Shown here piece after piece: positions 1 through 31,560 of a stretch of DNA of 64,000 nt (position 1 is the stretch's first letter; each line of letters opens with the position of its first letter). The notes beneath the pieces were generated by a model. It made no database searches. It was not told where the DNA came from and saw only the letters and a list, made by a program, of their open reading frames with translations. Source of the DNA: Podarcis erhardii (Eukaryota); the NCBI GenBank assembly GCA_964252035.1, contig OZ176206.1; one strand, 5' to 3'. Both the position numbers and the translations under genes were made by a program.

Positions 1-3000
1 GCTGCCAGTGCAATCTCCATACTCCGTGTCTATTGTGGAATAAATTATTTAAAGATAGGAACATATCTGCCAGAATTAGGAGAGAAGCAAAATCACAAGA
101 TGTGGCTTTCTACTGACATGCATTCTTGGGCTGAAATAAGTTTAATGAGTAGCAACTTGAACTTTAATCAGTTGGGAGAAACTGAATGCTGAAAGAATAA
201 TCTTCTTACCGCTGTTGTGTATTGACAGGTTTGAAAATCATATGTTTCTGGCTATTTCAGATTAACTATTAGTGCTGCTATGCAGGATTAGGATTCTTCA
301 AGGTTTTGTTTGTTTGTTTGTTTGTTTTGTTCAAATACAGTTTGTGTGCATAGGTAGTAAAAAAACCTAAAAACTTAAGATTTAAAAAATTAAGATTCAT
401 AGGTGTCACCATCATATTTTTAGGCACCTGCAAAATATTTAGTCCACACCTTAAGACGTTTGACTAAAGCCTACAAATTATAGAGGAGACAATTTCCCAT
501 TTGTCCCCAACCCAGTGGTTATAGCAAAAGCTATAAATGCATTTAAAAAATACACATCCAGGCATTTTGGCCAGTTGTGAATCCTGTGTGTTTGCCAAAA
601 TTTCCTTTGTTAGTATTAACTTTCAATGCCAAACTTGTGTGTGTGTGTGTGGATGTGTGGATGTGGTGAATCTTTATAGCTGAGCAGAGTGTGACTCTCA
701 GACATTTTGTATGTTCCTCAGGGTACTGAAATTCAGAGAAAAATTTACTGATTTTTGGCAGATACCTTAGAAAATGCTAGTTATTTCTGACCAGCACTGT
801 TTAGCAAGGTTTCCTGAATTAAGAGTTGTACTTACTATACTTGAAAGAACTGTTTATATCAGTGGCTGCTAGTTTTGTACTCAGAAGTATTAAGTGGAAG
901 TTGAAAAGAGGGGGTGGTGGAAACTTGATTGAAACTGCTAGTTGGATCTCCATTCCTCCATGTAACAATCCAAGTATTTATGACTGAATTAGGATATAGT
1001 TGTTTGTCCTACAGATTGTGGGTTCTGAATGTTGAAGGATGACAGAAGACCCAACTGACTTGTCATAGATGGTCACTTTAGGGCTTCCTTGGAGACAAGA
1101 AGACTTACTCTATTGTTGGGAACACACTTCTACACTCTTCTTCTGCTATTGCTAGTAGATATAGGTTTTGACCCTTTGTGGTTGGTTTTCACCATAAAGG
1201 CTTGCTGAAATCCATAATAACTCTTGCTTGGAATATGTGATTGCATTTGATGCCCTATTGTCTTTCGAAACATGAAGATGATTGAACTACTTTAACTGAG
1301 GAAAGCCAGTTAATTATCTAACCAGCTTTACTGAGTTTAAAAAAGTAGTTAAATCCAGGTTGTCTACCCCAGACTAGAGCAATGAAATTTACAGTTTGGG
1401 GGAACTTAATACATATATTACAGCAGTTCTTAAAGAGGTAATCTTTTGTAAGTATCAGATCTCACATTGAACTGCTTTAATATTGACAAATGTCCCCCAA
1501 ACTGCAGTTTTCATTGCTCTAAGCAAGGAGCAAACAACCTGGTACCCTCCAAATGTGCTGGACTACAACTTCCATTATCCTGGACCATTGAAGCTGGCTG
1601 TGGCTGGTGGGAGTTGGAGTCCAGAGCATCTGCAAGGTGCTGGGCTGCCTACCCCTGTTCTAATCTGTGCACGACTGCTGCTATTTGGAAATTTAGGAAA
1701 CTTGTTCATTGGATAGTGTTACGTGTGAAGAAGTTACAAATAAAACTAGCATGGTAAAATAGACCTGAGTCAATTGAATTTTATTGATGTTCAGTTATAT
1801 TATTTAGTTATATTTGTTTCCTCTCTTTTTTGTGAGTAGATCTTTGCAGCTTCACAACTTACCTGTGAAAGTAGATGAGCCTGAGAGAGAGCAACTTGGT
1901 CACCTTTTAAAATTATCCCTCTGCTGCTAGAATTAGACCTGAAATGAGTCTCTAATACAAGGCTTTTTGGAGTTGGGATCGGATTTTTTTGGCATGAGGG
2001 TCACAGCTGGAGGGGGAAATGGTTAGCCCTCACCTTCCCAGCTGTGACCCGCCCCCCAATTCCCCCATGCTTCCGTCAGCCATGAAAAAAGCCTTGCCTT
2101 GACTGCAGTATAGGGTGGAGGAGTAGGGTGAAGTGGGGAGCCTGGGCACATGCTTAGTGTAGATGCTTAGTTGGCAACTCATAAACTTGACAATGAGTAC
2201 TTTGGAGCACCTTTAATAAAACAATTGCTCAAGTAAACTCTAAACGGTTTGGGTTTTTTTGGCTTAGTTCCATATCTTGATAATTCCCATTGTTTGTGTA
2301 TCATGGTGACTTGTAACATTTTCAAAAAATAGAATACTTTTCTTATAAGCTTCTCTTTTTATTTGCATTTTTTCTTGATTCTGAAACTTTTGGAAAGCTT
2401 TGCATGTTTTCACTTATGGTGAAGTGGACCACATAGTGAAAAGGAAAAAAAAATTGTTTTTTGAACAATGTGATATGTAACCTGTGTGCTTTTTAAAATT
2501 AACTCGGGAAAAGAACTCCTAGAAGAACATTGTAGACATTCCATAAATATAGCTAGTTAACTCAAGAGAAGTCTGCTTTTTCATCAAAAGGAAGCAGTTA
2601 GATGCACTAGTTCTTGCTTGAGAAAGGGAGAACTGTGGGTTCTTGTGGAGTAGACAAAAAGCAACCAACACTAACTTGGCCAGAATTTTTTGCATTCTGT
2701 ATCCTGTGGCTACAGCATCTCTGGATGTGTGTGTGTCGCTAACCATTTATATTTATCCCAGAGCCTGATGTGGGTGACTTCCATGCTCTTTAGGCTCAAC
2801 TTCTCCGTAATTTTTAATGCTGATAATTGGGTATAGACTAAACCAGGGATGGGAAACCTCTTACTCTCCAAATGTTGGATTCCAGCTCCCATTAGCCCCA
2901 GCTTGTATAGCCAATGGACAGGTAGGATGGAGCTGTGGTCCAGCAAACATTTTGAGGGTTCAACTGTTGTTACACTGGCACAAAATTTAGAGTAGGTCCC

Positions 3001-3370
3001 ATTCCCTCTCCTTCAATCCTTTCATAACACCCTTTCCAGGGAAGTGTTCCTGCAGACATGCAATAGGCGTAAAAGCTGGCATATATTTATTTAACTTATT
3101 TCCAAACTACAGTTTGTATAATTACCTGGAACATAACCAAGCTTTGAGTTACTGCTCAGAAATGTGATGTAAAAAATGGCTATTCACCCATTCCTCATAG
3201 GGATGACACTTCTTACTGGAAGAATCAAGCAGGGTCCTCAAAAGCCATTTGCCTAAGAAATGGCTGCCTTCGTCTGAACAGTCATAAAGGTTGGATAGTT
3301 GGTATAGGGTTCCTCATATACTCTGAAACACTCTGCCCATTGATACCTGGGGTGACACCTTTGCTGCATT

Positions 3371-3658
3371 GTTCGAATCCCCACGACGGGGTGAGCTCCG
3401 GTTGCTCAGTCCCTGCTCCTGCCAACCTAGCAGTTCGAAAGCATGTCAAAGTGCAAGTAGATAAATAGGTACCGCTCTGGCGGGAAGGTAAACGGCGTTT
3501 CTGTGCGCTGCTCTGGTTCGCCAGAAGCAGCTTAGTCATGCTGGCCACATGACCTGGAAGCTGTATGCTGGCTCCCTCGGCCAATAAAGCAAGATGAGCA
3601 CCGCAACCCCAGAGTCGGCCATGACTGGACCTAATGGTCAGGGGTCCCTTTACCTTTA
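3371..3658 (+). mobile_element. Sauria SINE, 5'-truncated
   Basis: Starts at the B-box GTTCGAATCC, has the typical body (gcagttcgaaagcatgtcaaagtgcaagtagataaataggtacc) and the tail GGGGTCCCTTTACCTTTA. Confidence 0.85.
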
Positions 3659-4381
3659 AAAGCTTTTGCTTTTTGGGGGGGGGGAGTAGATCAGCTTGTT
3701 TTTACCATTTTTATTAGTATTTTTAATGTGTGCTTTGTTTTATGTAAACTGCTTAGATGTTTTGATGGTTTAGTGGCACGCAAATATGGTTAAATAAAAA
3801 AACAGAAGGAAGTCCTGTTGAAATCTGTGAGACCAAAGACACAACTACACTTACCCAGCAAAGATAAGTTTCCAAGTGTGGATGTCTGGATGAGGGGCAG
3901 TTGTGGGTTACCTGTTAACCCCAGGATTGCCTCCTCTCAACCCACACCTCCTGCACAGCCTGCTTTTTATCTCAGAGCTTGAAAAAAATAAGATGAACAT
4001 TGTCCAGTGGAAGGAGTTGCAGAGATGAATCTTGGGGTGACAAAAGTATTAAAAGAGCCCCTCCTGCCTGCTAGTATCCTGCCTGCCAGTATTTCTCTGC
4101 AAATACTTCGCCTCAGCATAGCATTTTGAGGCAAACACTAGTTTGTACATTTCCTTTTCCCTTAATGAGTTGTAGGTCTGCTCTTATAAGTGATTTTAAA
4201 TTGGTTGAGACTGTTATCCTTACCAGACTTGGGCTGTAATCCAAAGCACACGTAATGTGGATGCAAGTCCCATTGAACACAGTTGGACTTACTTCCAAGT
4301 ATGCATGTACAGGATTGGTGTTAAAGATTACAACTGAGACACTGTTCTTATTTTAGTCATATTACTGTGTAATTAGTCTAA

Positions 4382-23561
<19,180 letters not shown>

Positions 23562-25128
23562 TTCTCCTATCTGACAATTTTGACTGTTCTTCTGTGTGCA
23601 ATGATCTCTCTCATGCTACAAGAGTAAGTTGGGACAGTGAATCCCCAGACCTCATCTGGAGTCTCAAAAGACTATGGGAACGTTGATTAGCAACGCATTT
23701 TAGTTTTTATTTTTTCCAGCTCGCCACGGAACAGATCATGAAGACTGATAACGGCAAAAGGGGGGGAGGGAGGGAAGAGGGAGCAGCAAAAGGCCACTTA
23801 TGTGGCGAGTTATATGCTACCACAGGGTTGTTTAGGATATAAAAGCTTGAATGTAAAATAAATATTTCCCATCAGCTTTTATGCTGACCTGTAAGGGGGG
23901 GTAGTATTCAGTGTGTTTAAGGGGTTGGTAATGAACTAAAATAAAAGGATAAAAAAGTGAAAAAAAAATACTATATTTTGAGGGAAGCCCAAAGTTCAAA
24001 GGAGAGTGAGTAAATTCACGCATGATAATTTTTAAATTATTTTTGCATATATTTACCATTTTATTGTGTATCTATAGACGACCATATAGGAAAACTGACA
24101 TTTGTAATAGTGGATTTGTTAATACTTTTTACATAACATTGCCATTTAAATTGTAGAAACATCCCCCTCCTTTTCCCTCAGGACTAGCTTAAAAATAATA
24201 ATAATCTGAACTGTCAGCTGAACATCGGACAACGTAGTGAGTTATATGGCTCAGAAATTGTGGTGTGCTTCCCCCCCCCCCTTAGCATTGAAATGATTTA
24301 ATAGCACATTTATGTGTCTGTACATGTTGCTTCTCTGAAGGAAAAAAGGCAGATAAGATGCAGGGGCGCAAAGACTTGTTTATAAAGTGTAAAAATGCAT
24401 CATGTGTCAACTTGGAGCTTGTATTTCCTCTCGCACAAGTGGAAAATGAACTCTTCACCTTCTTTCTGATGTGCCATCTTCTCAGGCAAAAAGGGTTATT
24501 CCAGGTTAGTTTTCATCAGAAACCTTAGGTTTTTTTTATTATTGATAGGAAACCAAGCTACTTGAGGGGGGACAGGGAAGGAAGCACTTTGCTACATGAA
24601 GGAAAACATCTCAAGTTCATTGGTGATGTCTACATTTTGGGACCTCCTCTAAACCTTATGTCTTTTTTTGTGCCTTCATCCCCATTTTTTTTCTCCTTTA
24701 CCTTGCAACTTTGTATCTTTTTCTTAAAAAAAAAACCTTGAGAAATGGAACTGTTAAGGCAGTTGGGAAAAAAAATTCCCTTGTTATCTCATTCCTTTTT
24801 CGGTATATTTTTAAATCCACTCAAAGAATTAAACGGTCTTCAATAATGGAAATAAATTTGTATTGCTGTCTAAAGAGCTGAAACCTTTTTCATATCCAAG
24901 TACTTCTTTGTCAAAAATCTCCCATCCCACCTTTTAAAAACATTTGAACATTTCCTAAGCTCAGCCATGGGTTTTAAGACTGACAAGAAGTTCATGCGAT
25001 GAATGCAAAATGGGACATGTAGGTTTGTAGTCACTTGCATTGTTTGCAAAAAGTATTTGGAGCACTTTAATTGATAGAATGTAAAGTGACTTTTACTGTA
25101 ACATTTTTCTTTGAAGAGGAAAGTGTGT

Positions 25129-25130
<2 letters not shown>

Positions 25131-25158
<28 letters not shown>
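25131..25158. repeat. (GCGT)7 microsatellite in the TENT4B 3' UTR
   Basis: Direct reading. Confidence 0.9.
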
Positions 25159-25159
<1 letters not shown>

Positions 25160-26310
25160 TATTCCGTATGTAAGACTGTTCAGTGTATCCAGTCTGGAGA
25201 ATGATGATGATCCTTTTATGAGGAATAATAATTAGCTTTTAGATGTTTTCTTTTATAATTGCAGACCAACTTGACCTTTAATAAGCACTGATCTAGTGCA
25301 AAAGCTTTTTAAGTAAAATAATGCAAAACGACCAAAAACTGTCATCACTGAAAACTTAATAAAACACACACTCTTGATGGTAAAGCATTTATTTAACTTC
25401 CAAGGAAATGGAGGAGGGAAACACAACCCAGCCCACCCTAATGCTCAAGAACACTAAGCTTAAAGGAAAAAGAATGTTAACCTGTCAATGTTTTCAATTT
25501 TAGATCCATATTCTGTTATGATCAGTTTTTATCAACAATATTTTTGTTACTATAATTTGCTGCAAGTACATTATGCATTATTGAAAAGTATTTATTTTGA
25601 ATTTTAAAAATGTTTTATAACTGTGTAGGCCTACCTTCACTGCTTTGGGAACAAATTCTAAATTATAGTAATCCAGTATTACTAGCTGCTGTTATCAAAC
25701 GCTGTTACAAATGTGTAATACATCGATCTGTATTACTTAACCACACTGAAGGGTTGTTGTTATTATTTTTATCATTATTTAATTTTTCTTCTTCAAAGAA
25801 TCACCCTCATTGTTGGAAACAAATGTTCTGTCGGGATGCAGAGTTTGGTGTTCCAATAAGCATGTGATTATTTTAATGTGGTGGTAGCGGGAAGATAATC
25901 TTGATTCCGTTGTGAATCTTAGGTTTGCCTCAATTTATGGTTTTCATAAATTTTAATGGAAAATTAGCTTTTCCTGGACTGCTCAAGTTTCATTTTGTAA
26001 ACAGTATATTTCTTAACAGAAGACAACATCGAAGAAAAATAAAGCATGAAGGAGAAATTGAGGTATTTACTTTGCCTCAGATTACCAGCATTGTATTCAT
26101 GAAACACTGTATGTCTAAGCAAAACTTTTATTTAAACTGGACAGTTGAACTGTTCGCCTTTTTCAATCTGAAGTAAAAAGAAAATAGCTTCGAGTTTTGC
26201 CTGCTCATTTATCTTGTACATTTCATCTTTGTATTCAACTCAAGTCTAATTCCTTTTTTGAGTTTGAATACTTTTTTGTGAACATTTTGTGGAAATATAT
26301 ATAGATATAA

Positions 26311-26316
26311 AATAAA
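26311..26316 (+). terminator. Distal polyadenylation signal AATAAA of TENT4B
   Basis: Canonical hexamer at the end of the AT-rich UTR block, preceded by U-rich sequence. Confidence 0.6.
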
Positions 26317-28339
26317 TGTTTAAACACCCACATTTTTAAAAATCATTCGTGACATCCATTTTCTTTTGAAAGGCATGCGATTCCACCCCCACTCACCCCC
26401 CATATCCACATGCGCACAATCTCCAGCCACCCACTGCAAACTCCAAATGGCCAGACTACATAGGAGCATAGGAACACTGAACGAGACTCGGCTGGCCTGT
26501 CTAGCTCAGCGTTGCCTACAGTGACTAGAAGCTCTACCTGGAGATGGCACCTTCTGCATGCAGAGCAGATGCACCACCACTGAGCTATGGACCTTGCCCT
26601 AAAGACTACACAATAGTGGTGGTAAAGTTGGGGCTGAGGGATGGCATGGAACAATCCCAGGAGTTGAGTGGCAGCCGATCCCCTGGGCGTGAGTCCTGAG
26701 ACTGTGCAACACAGCACATACCTGCATTTACCCGTTCACTCCTCTGCTTGCATGAACGGCAAAACAATTGCAGCTTCCAGGTTTAACACAAGCCTTCCAT
26801 TATGTACAAACTGGAAGATAACAGTTAATGGCTTCTAAAGGAGCCAGGGTTTGGAAGCAAGCTTTAAACCAGGGTTGGATCCTGGGTTTTTTGTCTCCCA
26901 AAATAGTTCTTGCTTCTCACGTGGAACAGGAAGCTTGTTCGTGTGATTGCTTTGGTGCTCGTGAAAGGGGAAGAGTGAAGGAGCTAATGCTCCTGGGCTG
27001 ATTGAGCCAGGATTTGATCTCTGAAACATGGCTGCTGTGCAAATCATCTACTGTAGCGTATGTGACGTTTTGTTTTGAATTTACTGAGACTGGCAACAGC
27101 ACAGTACAAGAATGGCAGGTAGGTGTGTAGATCTTTTTATTATAGGGAAGCCCACATGCTTTTGACTTATCTGTATCCGCAAATGCTACAGCAACCCCAC
27201 GGCCTTCAAGTTGCCTGCTTATTGTATAGTACATTTTATTTCCCACTCCATCTCCTACAAGGGCCTTTATATCTGTTGACAACCTACTTTGAGTGCAGTA
27301 ATTGCAGAAAAGGGTCTATAAATAGACCTGATTTTATTTGTGCCTGAATCCAAGAGGCCAGGAAACATTTCATAGCCAAACTGTCTCCTTCAGCCTTGCA
27401 GTTAATGGGGTTGGCAAGGAAAGCAATTTTTGTGCATGTGTCACGCATGTGGCCTTGGTACAGCAGTTCCTTGTTGAACTCTGTTGTGTGCACAGGGCCA
27501 CCTATTAAGTGTATTTTTGTTTTTGTTTTGTTTGTTTTTTGACGAAAGGTGCATCTCTCTGTATGCAAAGAGAAACCCCACCATAGGCAAGGAGGACTCT
27601 GTAAGCAGTGATATGTATATGGAGCAATAGATTGCAGTGGGGGTGGGGGCACTGTGTGTGATCACAGAATCACCTGCAGAAAAAAGTAAGTCGCATTATA
27701 GTTTACGCTAGTTCAGTTTTTAACAATGGGTTATGCAAGGAAACAATTCTCTCTAGTCCAAGACTGAATGCACACTATGTCATTAAAGCACATTCAAAGC
27801 ACATTTCCCCCCTCTAAAGAATTCTGGGCACACTAGTTTTAAGGTGAGTGGGAGTTGTAGCACTGTCAGGGGGAAACGACAGTGCCCAGAATTCTTTGAA
27901 GGGGGGAAATGTGCTTAAAATGTGTTGTAAGGTGTAGTGTGTACAGAGCCCAAATAGTTCATTAGGTTTCCACAGAAGGAAAATGATTTGTCTTTTACAT
28001 GGAAGATGAGAGCTTGTTTTCACTCTTCATTGTCTCTTGCAAACTGCTAAAACAGTAAGAGAGAAATAAAAAACATGTAATTGACAAGAGCTAAACAACA
28101 TGTGCATTAAAAATAGTCTCTGGTCGACAGTGGCTTGTGGGCAGGCTTACAGCTTGTTAAATCCTGGAAGAAAGTTGAAGAAAACATTACATGAGGAGGT
28201 TGAGAGAGTGCATGAATCCCATGTTTGTTTTCCTACACTACAACGTAATACCAGAGCATGGTTTGGAATCATCTGAATCGTACCACAGACAAGTAGAGGC
28301 AAGAAGCTTGCGGGTATAGGTTTGTGGTGTATTATAGAG

Positions 28340-28700
28340 TTTATAATAGATAGGAATTGGGAGGCACCCCAAGGGTCATCTAGTCCAACCCTCTGTAATG
28401 CAGGAATTACAGTTAAGTAATTCTTGACAGATGACTATCCAACCTCTGTTAAATCTCCAGTGGAGAGGCCACTACCTTGGAGGTAGTCTGTTCCACCGTT
28501 GAACAGTTTTTGATGTCAGAAAGTCATTCTTAATGTTTAATCATAATCTCCTATCTTGTAATCTAAACCCATTGGTTCAGGTCCTACCCTCTGGAGCAGT
28601 AGAAAATAGGCTGCAACAGCCCTTTAGATATTTGAAGATGGCTATCGTGCCCCCTCTTAACCTTCTCCAGGCTGCACATACCCAGTTCCCTCAACCAGTG
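28340..28700 (-). mobile_element. CR1 LINE 3' fragment
   Basis: ggtcatctagtccaaccc...cagccctttagatatttgaagatggctatc is the reverse complement of the CR1 ORF2 end and 3' UTR. Confidence 0.75.
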
Positions 28701-29631
28701 TTCAAAACTCGCATTGTTCTAGGCGCATTTTGTGAAAGGGAATTTCATTAGTGGGAGCAGCTTCTGAGCTCTGGGCGCAGTTCTGCACCTAAGATTTCAG
28801 ATTAAAACTGCAGAGTGGAAGGAAAGGAGGACCTTTTTCTGCCTCCCCACTTCCAGCTACACTCTGAAGACTGGAGAAGAGACCCTCTTAAGAATATTAG
28901 GGGGCTGAGCAGGGGAAGGACTGGAGACCATGTGAAAAATGAATAGAAGATTTTAGCTGCAGTTCATTCATTTTCAGCCTTGCATTATTAAAAAAGCGTG
29001 CCTAGACATTCCGTTGCTGCGCCCATAACCTAGGTTTAAGGTGCCATTTAGCTCCTAGCTTTCATATCTGTTTCTAACACTGCCCTCAACCCATCCTTCA
29101 TAAGGTTTAGTTTCTAGACCCTTGATCATCTTGGTTCCCAACCCCCCTGCACACGTTCCAGTTTCCCAAAATCGTTAAACGGGAGGCGGGGCGGGGAGAA
29201 CTTGGCACATTACTCCAGGTGGAAATATTCTCTGAGGGTTGTCATTCTCACAAGGAACTGAGACAGTATATAGGGATGGTAACAGTCTCAAAACATGGTT
29301 ATGTAAATGTTCATATCTAAGTGACTGCAGTGAGCCACGGAGGTGTTTCTGGTTAAAGAGATAAATCCCTCTTTCTAGGAGCAGATCCCGTGCTTTACAC
29401 TCATCTGAGTGTGCATACCATGATTAACAGAAGTTTTGGGAAATTCGTTTGACCTCGCATGAACAGAAGGTAGCTGTTTTGCCTCTGCTGAGGGCACTTC
29501 GCCTGCTGCTACTTAGATTAAGAAAGGGGGGGGGGGAGTTTGTGTGTGTAAGCAGAACAAGTGCAAATGGCAACATCAGTTCATGCTTTTTGTTTAGTTA
29601 CTTGCTCTGGCTCAGGATGCTGCGCTGTATA

Positions 29632-29857
29632 CAATGGTACCTCAGGTTACATACGCTTCAGGTTACAGACTCCGCTAACCCAGAAATAGTACCTCGGGTT
29701 AAGAACTTTGCTTCAGGATGAGAACAGAAATTGTGCTCCGACGGCGCGGCAGCAGCAGGAGGCCCCATTAGCTAAAGTGGTGCTTCAGGTTAAGAACAGT
29801 TTCAGGTTAAGAACGGACCTCTGGAACGAATTAAGTACTTAACCCGAGGTACCACTG
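29632..29857. mobile_element. Tc1/mariner MITE, family A copy 2
   Basis: TA TSD, same TIRs, 226 bp, opposite orientation to copy 1. Confidence 0.85.
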
Positions 29858-30659
29858 TATTGCCTTCTGAATCAAGTATTTATTTTACGTTCCCTGTAGT
29901 GGGGAGCCTGTGGCCCTCCATCTGCTGTTGGACTTTGACTCCCATCGGCGCCAGCACTTACAGCTAATGCCCACAGATGATGGAAGCTGTAGTCCAGCAA
30001 CATCTGGAGGGCTGCAAGTTCCCTGCCCCTGTTTTACACATCACATTCATCCTAGATTAGCCTCCAAAACAGCTTGCAATTAAAATCCATACAAAAGAAT
30101 CATCAAAATATGCATACAGGGTAGCATTTTTTGCTATCTTTTGTGGACCACCAGAATCTGTGGAAGATTGGCAAGTAAAGATGGTTGAATACATGGAGCT
30201 GTTGAAGCTGACGGGGAAGATTCGGAATCGCTGTGATGATTTGTTCCAAAAGGACTAGCGCAAATTTATACTCTATATGAAAGAAAATTGCAAACAGTTG
30301 AATACGTTTGTAGGTTTAAGTTGAAATGTTTGGTAATGGGAAATTAAGGAGCTGATTTACTTATAAGTAGGTGATTGTTAAAAGATTGATTTAAAGTAAA
30401 AAAGTGAATTTAGGAATGTGGAGAAATTGGTAATGAGATATGGAAGTCTGTTAGAGGGAAGGAAGGAGGTTGATGCTTTATTTAAGCAATGTCTTAAGTT
30501 ATTTTTTGATACTGAAATGTAATAAAATATGGAAAACTTAATAAAAATTATATTAAAAAAAGAAAACAAAGTACGAAGGCATTTGCAAAAATGCAAGCAG
30601 ACAATAAGGGATGTAAAAGAGAGAATCTGAGACATGTAGTAAGTTTTTAGCTTAGTATA

Positions 30660-31560
30660 AAATGGTGTGCTGTTCTGGTGACCTTGCCCCAAAAGAATAT
30701 TGTACAGCTGGAAAAGGTTCAGAAAAAAGCATCCAAAAGGATCAAGGGGGTGGAGCAATTCACCTATAAGGAAAGGTTCCAACATGTTGGCAGAGACCCT
30801 GAGGGTCACCTAGTCCAACCCCTTGCAATGCAGGAATCTCCACTAATGCGTCCAAGACAGATTATCATCCAAGCTCTGTTTAAAAATCTCCAAACAAGGA
30901 GAGTCTACCACCTCTCATGGGAGTCCATTCTACTGTTGAATAGCTCTTACTGTCTGAAAGTTCTTCAGAACGTTTAGTCAGAATTTCCTTTCTTGCAACT
31001 TGAATCCATTGGTTTGGGTTCCAGCCGCTGGAGGAGAATACAAGCTTACTCCATGTGACAGCCCTTTAGATATTTGAAGGTGGCTATCCTATCTCCTCTC
31101 AGTCTCTGCTTTACTAAGCTAAACATACCCAAACGTTCCTCATAAAGCTCAGTTTCCAGACCCTCGATCGTCTTGGTTGCCCTCCTCTGTAGACATTGCA
31201 GATTGTCAATATCGTCCTTAAATTGTGGTGCCCAGAACTGGACAGAGTATTCCAGGAGTGGTCTGACCGGGGCAGAGTAGAGCAGGACTATTACTTGCCT
31301 TGATTGAGACACTATACTTCTGTTGATGCAGCCTAGAATAGCATTAGCTCCCCCCCACCCCCAGCATCACACTGTTGACTCATGTTAAGGTGTGGGTCCT
31401 TTTCACTTGCACTAAGGGCAGTCCAGGTGTCCCCCATCTTATATTTGCGCAGCTGGTTCTTTCTGCCTAAGTGCAGAACCTTAGATTTGTCCCTACTGAA
31501 ATTCATTTTCTTCGTTTCTGCCTAGCTCTCCAATCTTTTACGGTCATCTTGAATCCCAAA
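30660..31560. mobile_element. CR1 fragments: plus-strand piece 30660-30786 abutting a minus-strand CR1 at ~30790-31560
   Basis: Plus piece translates IVQLEKVQKKASKRIKGVEQFTYKERF; minus ORF 31046-31312 reads [43 protein letters not shown] (CR1 ORF2). Confidence 0.8.

Larger units (their letters stand above)
23562..26335 (+). other. TENT4B: TENT4B 3' UTR (approximate end)
   Basis: AT/U-rich stretch after the stop with no recognised transposon, AATAAA at 24851-24856, 25358-25363 and 26311-26316; repeat-rich DNA resumes after ~26.35 kb. Confidence 0.65.
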
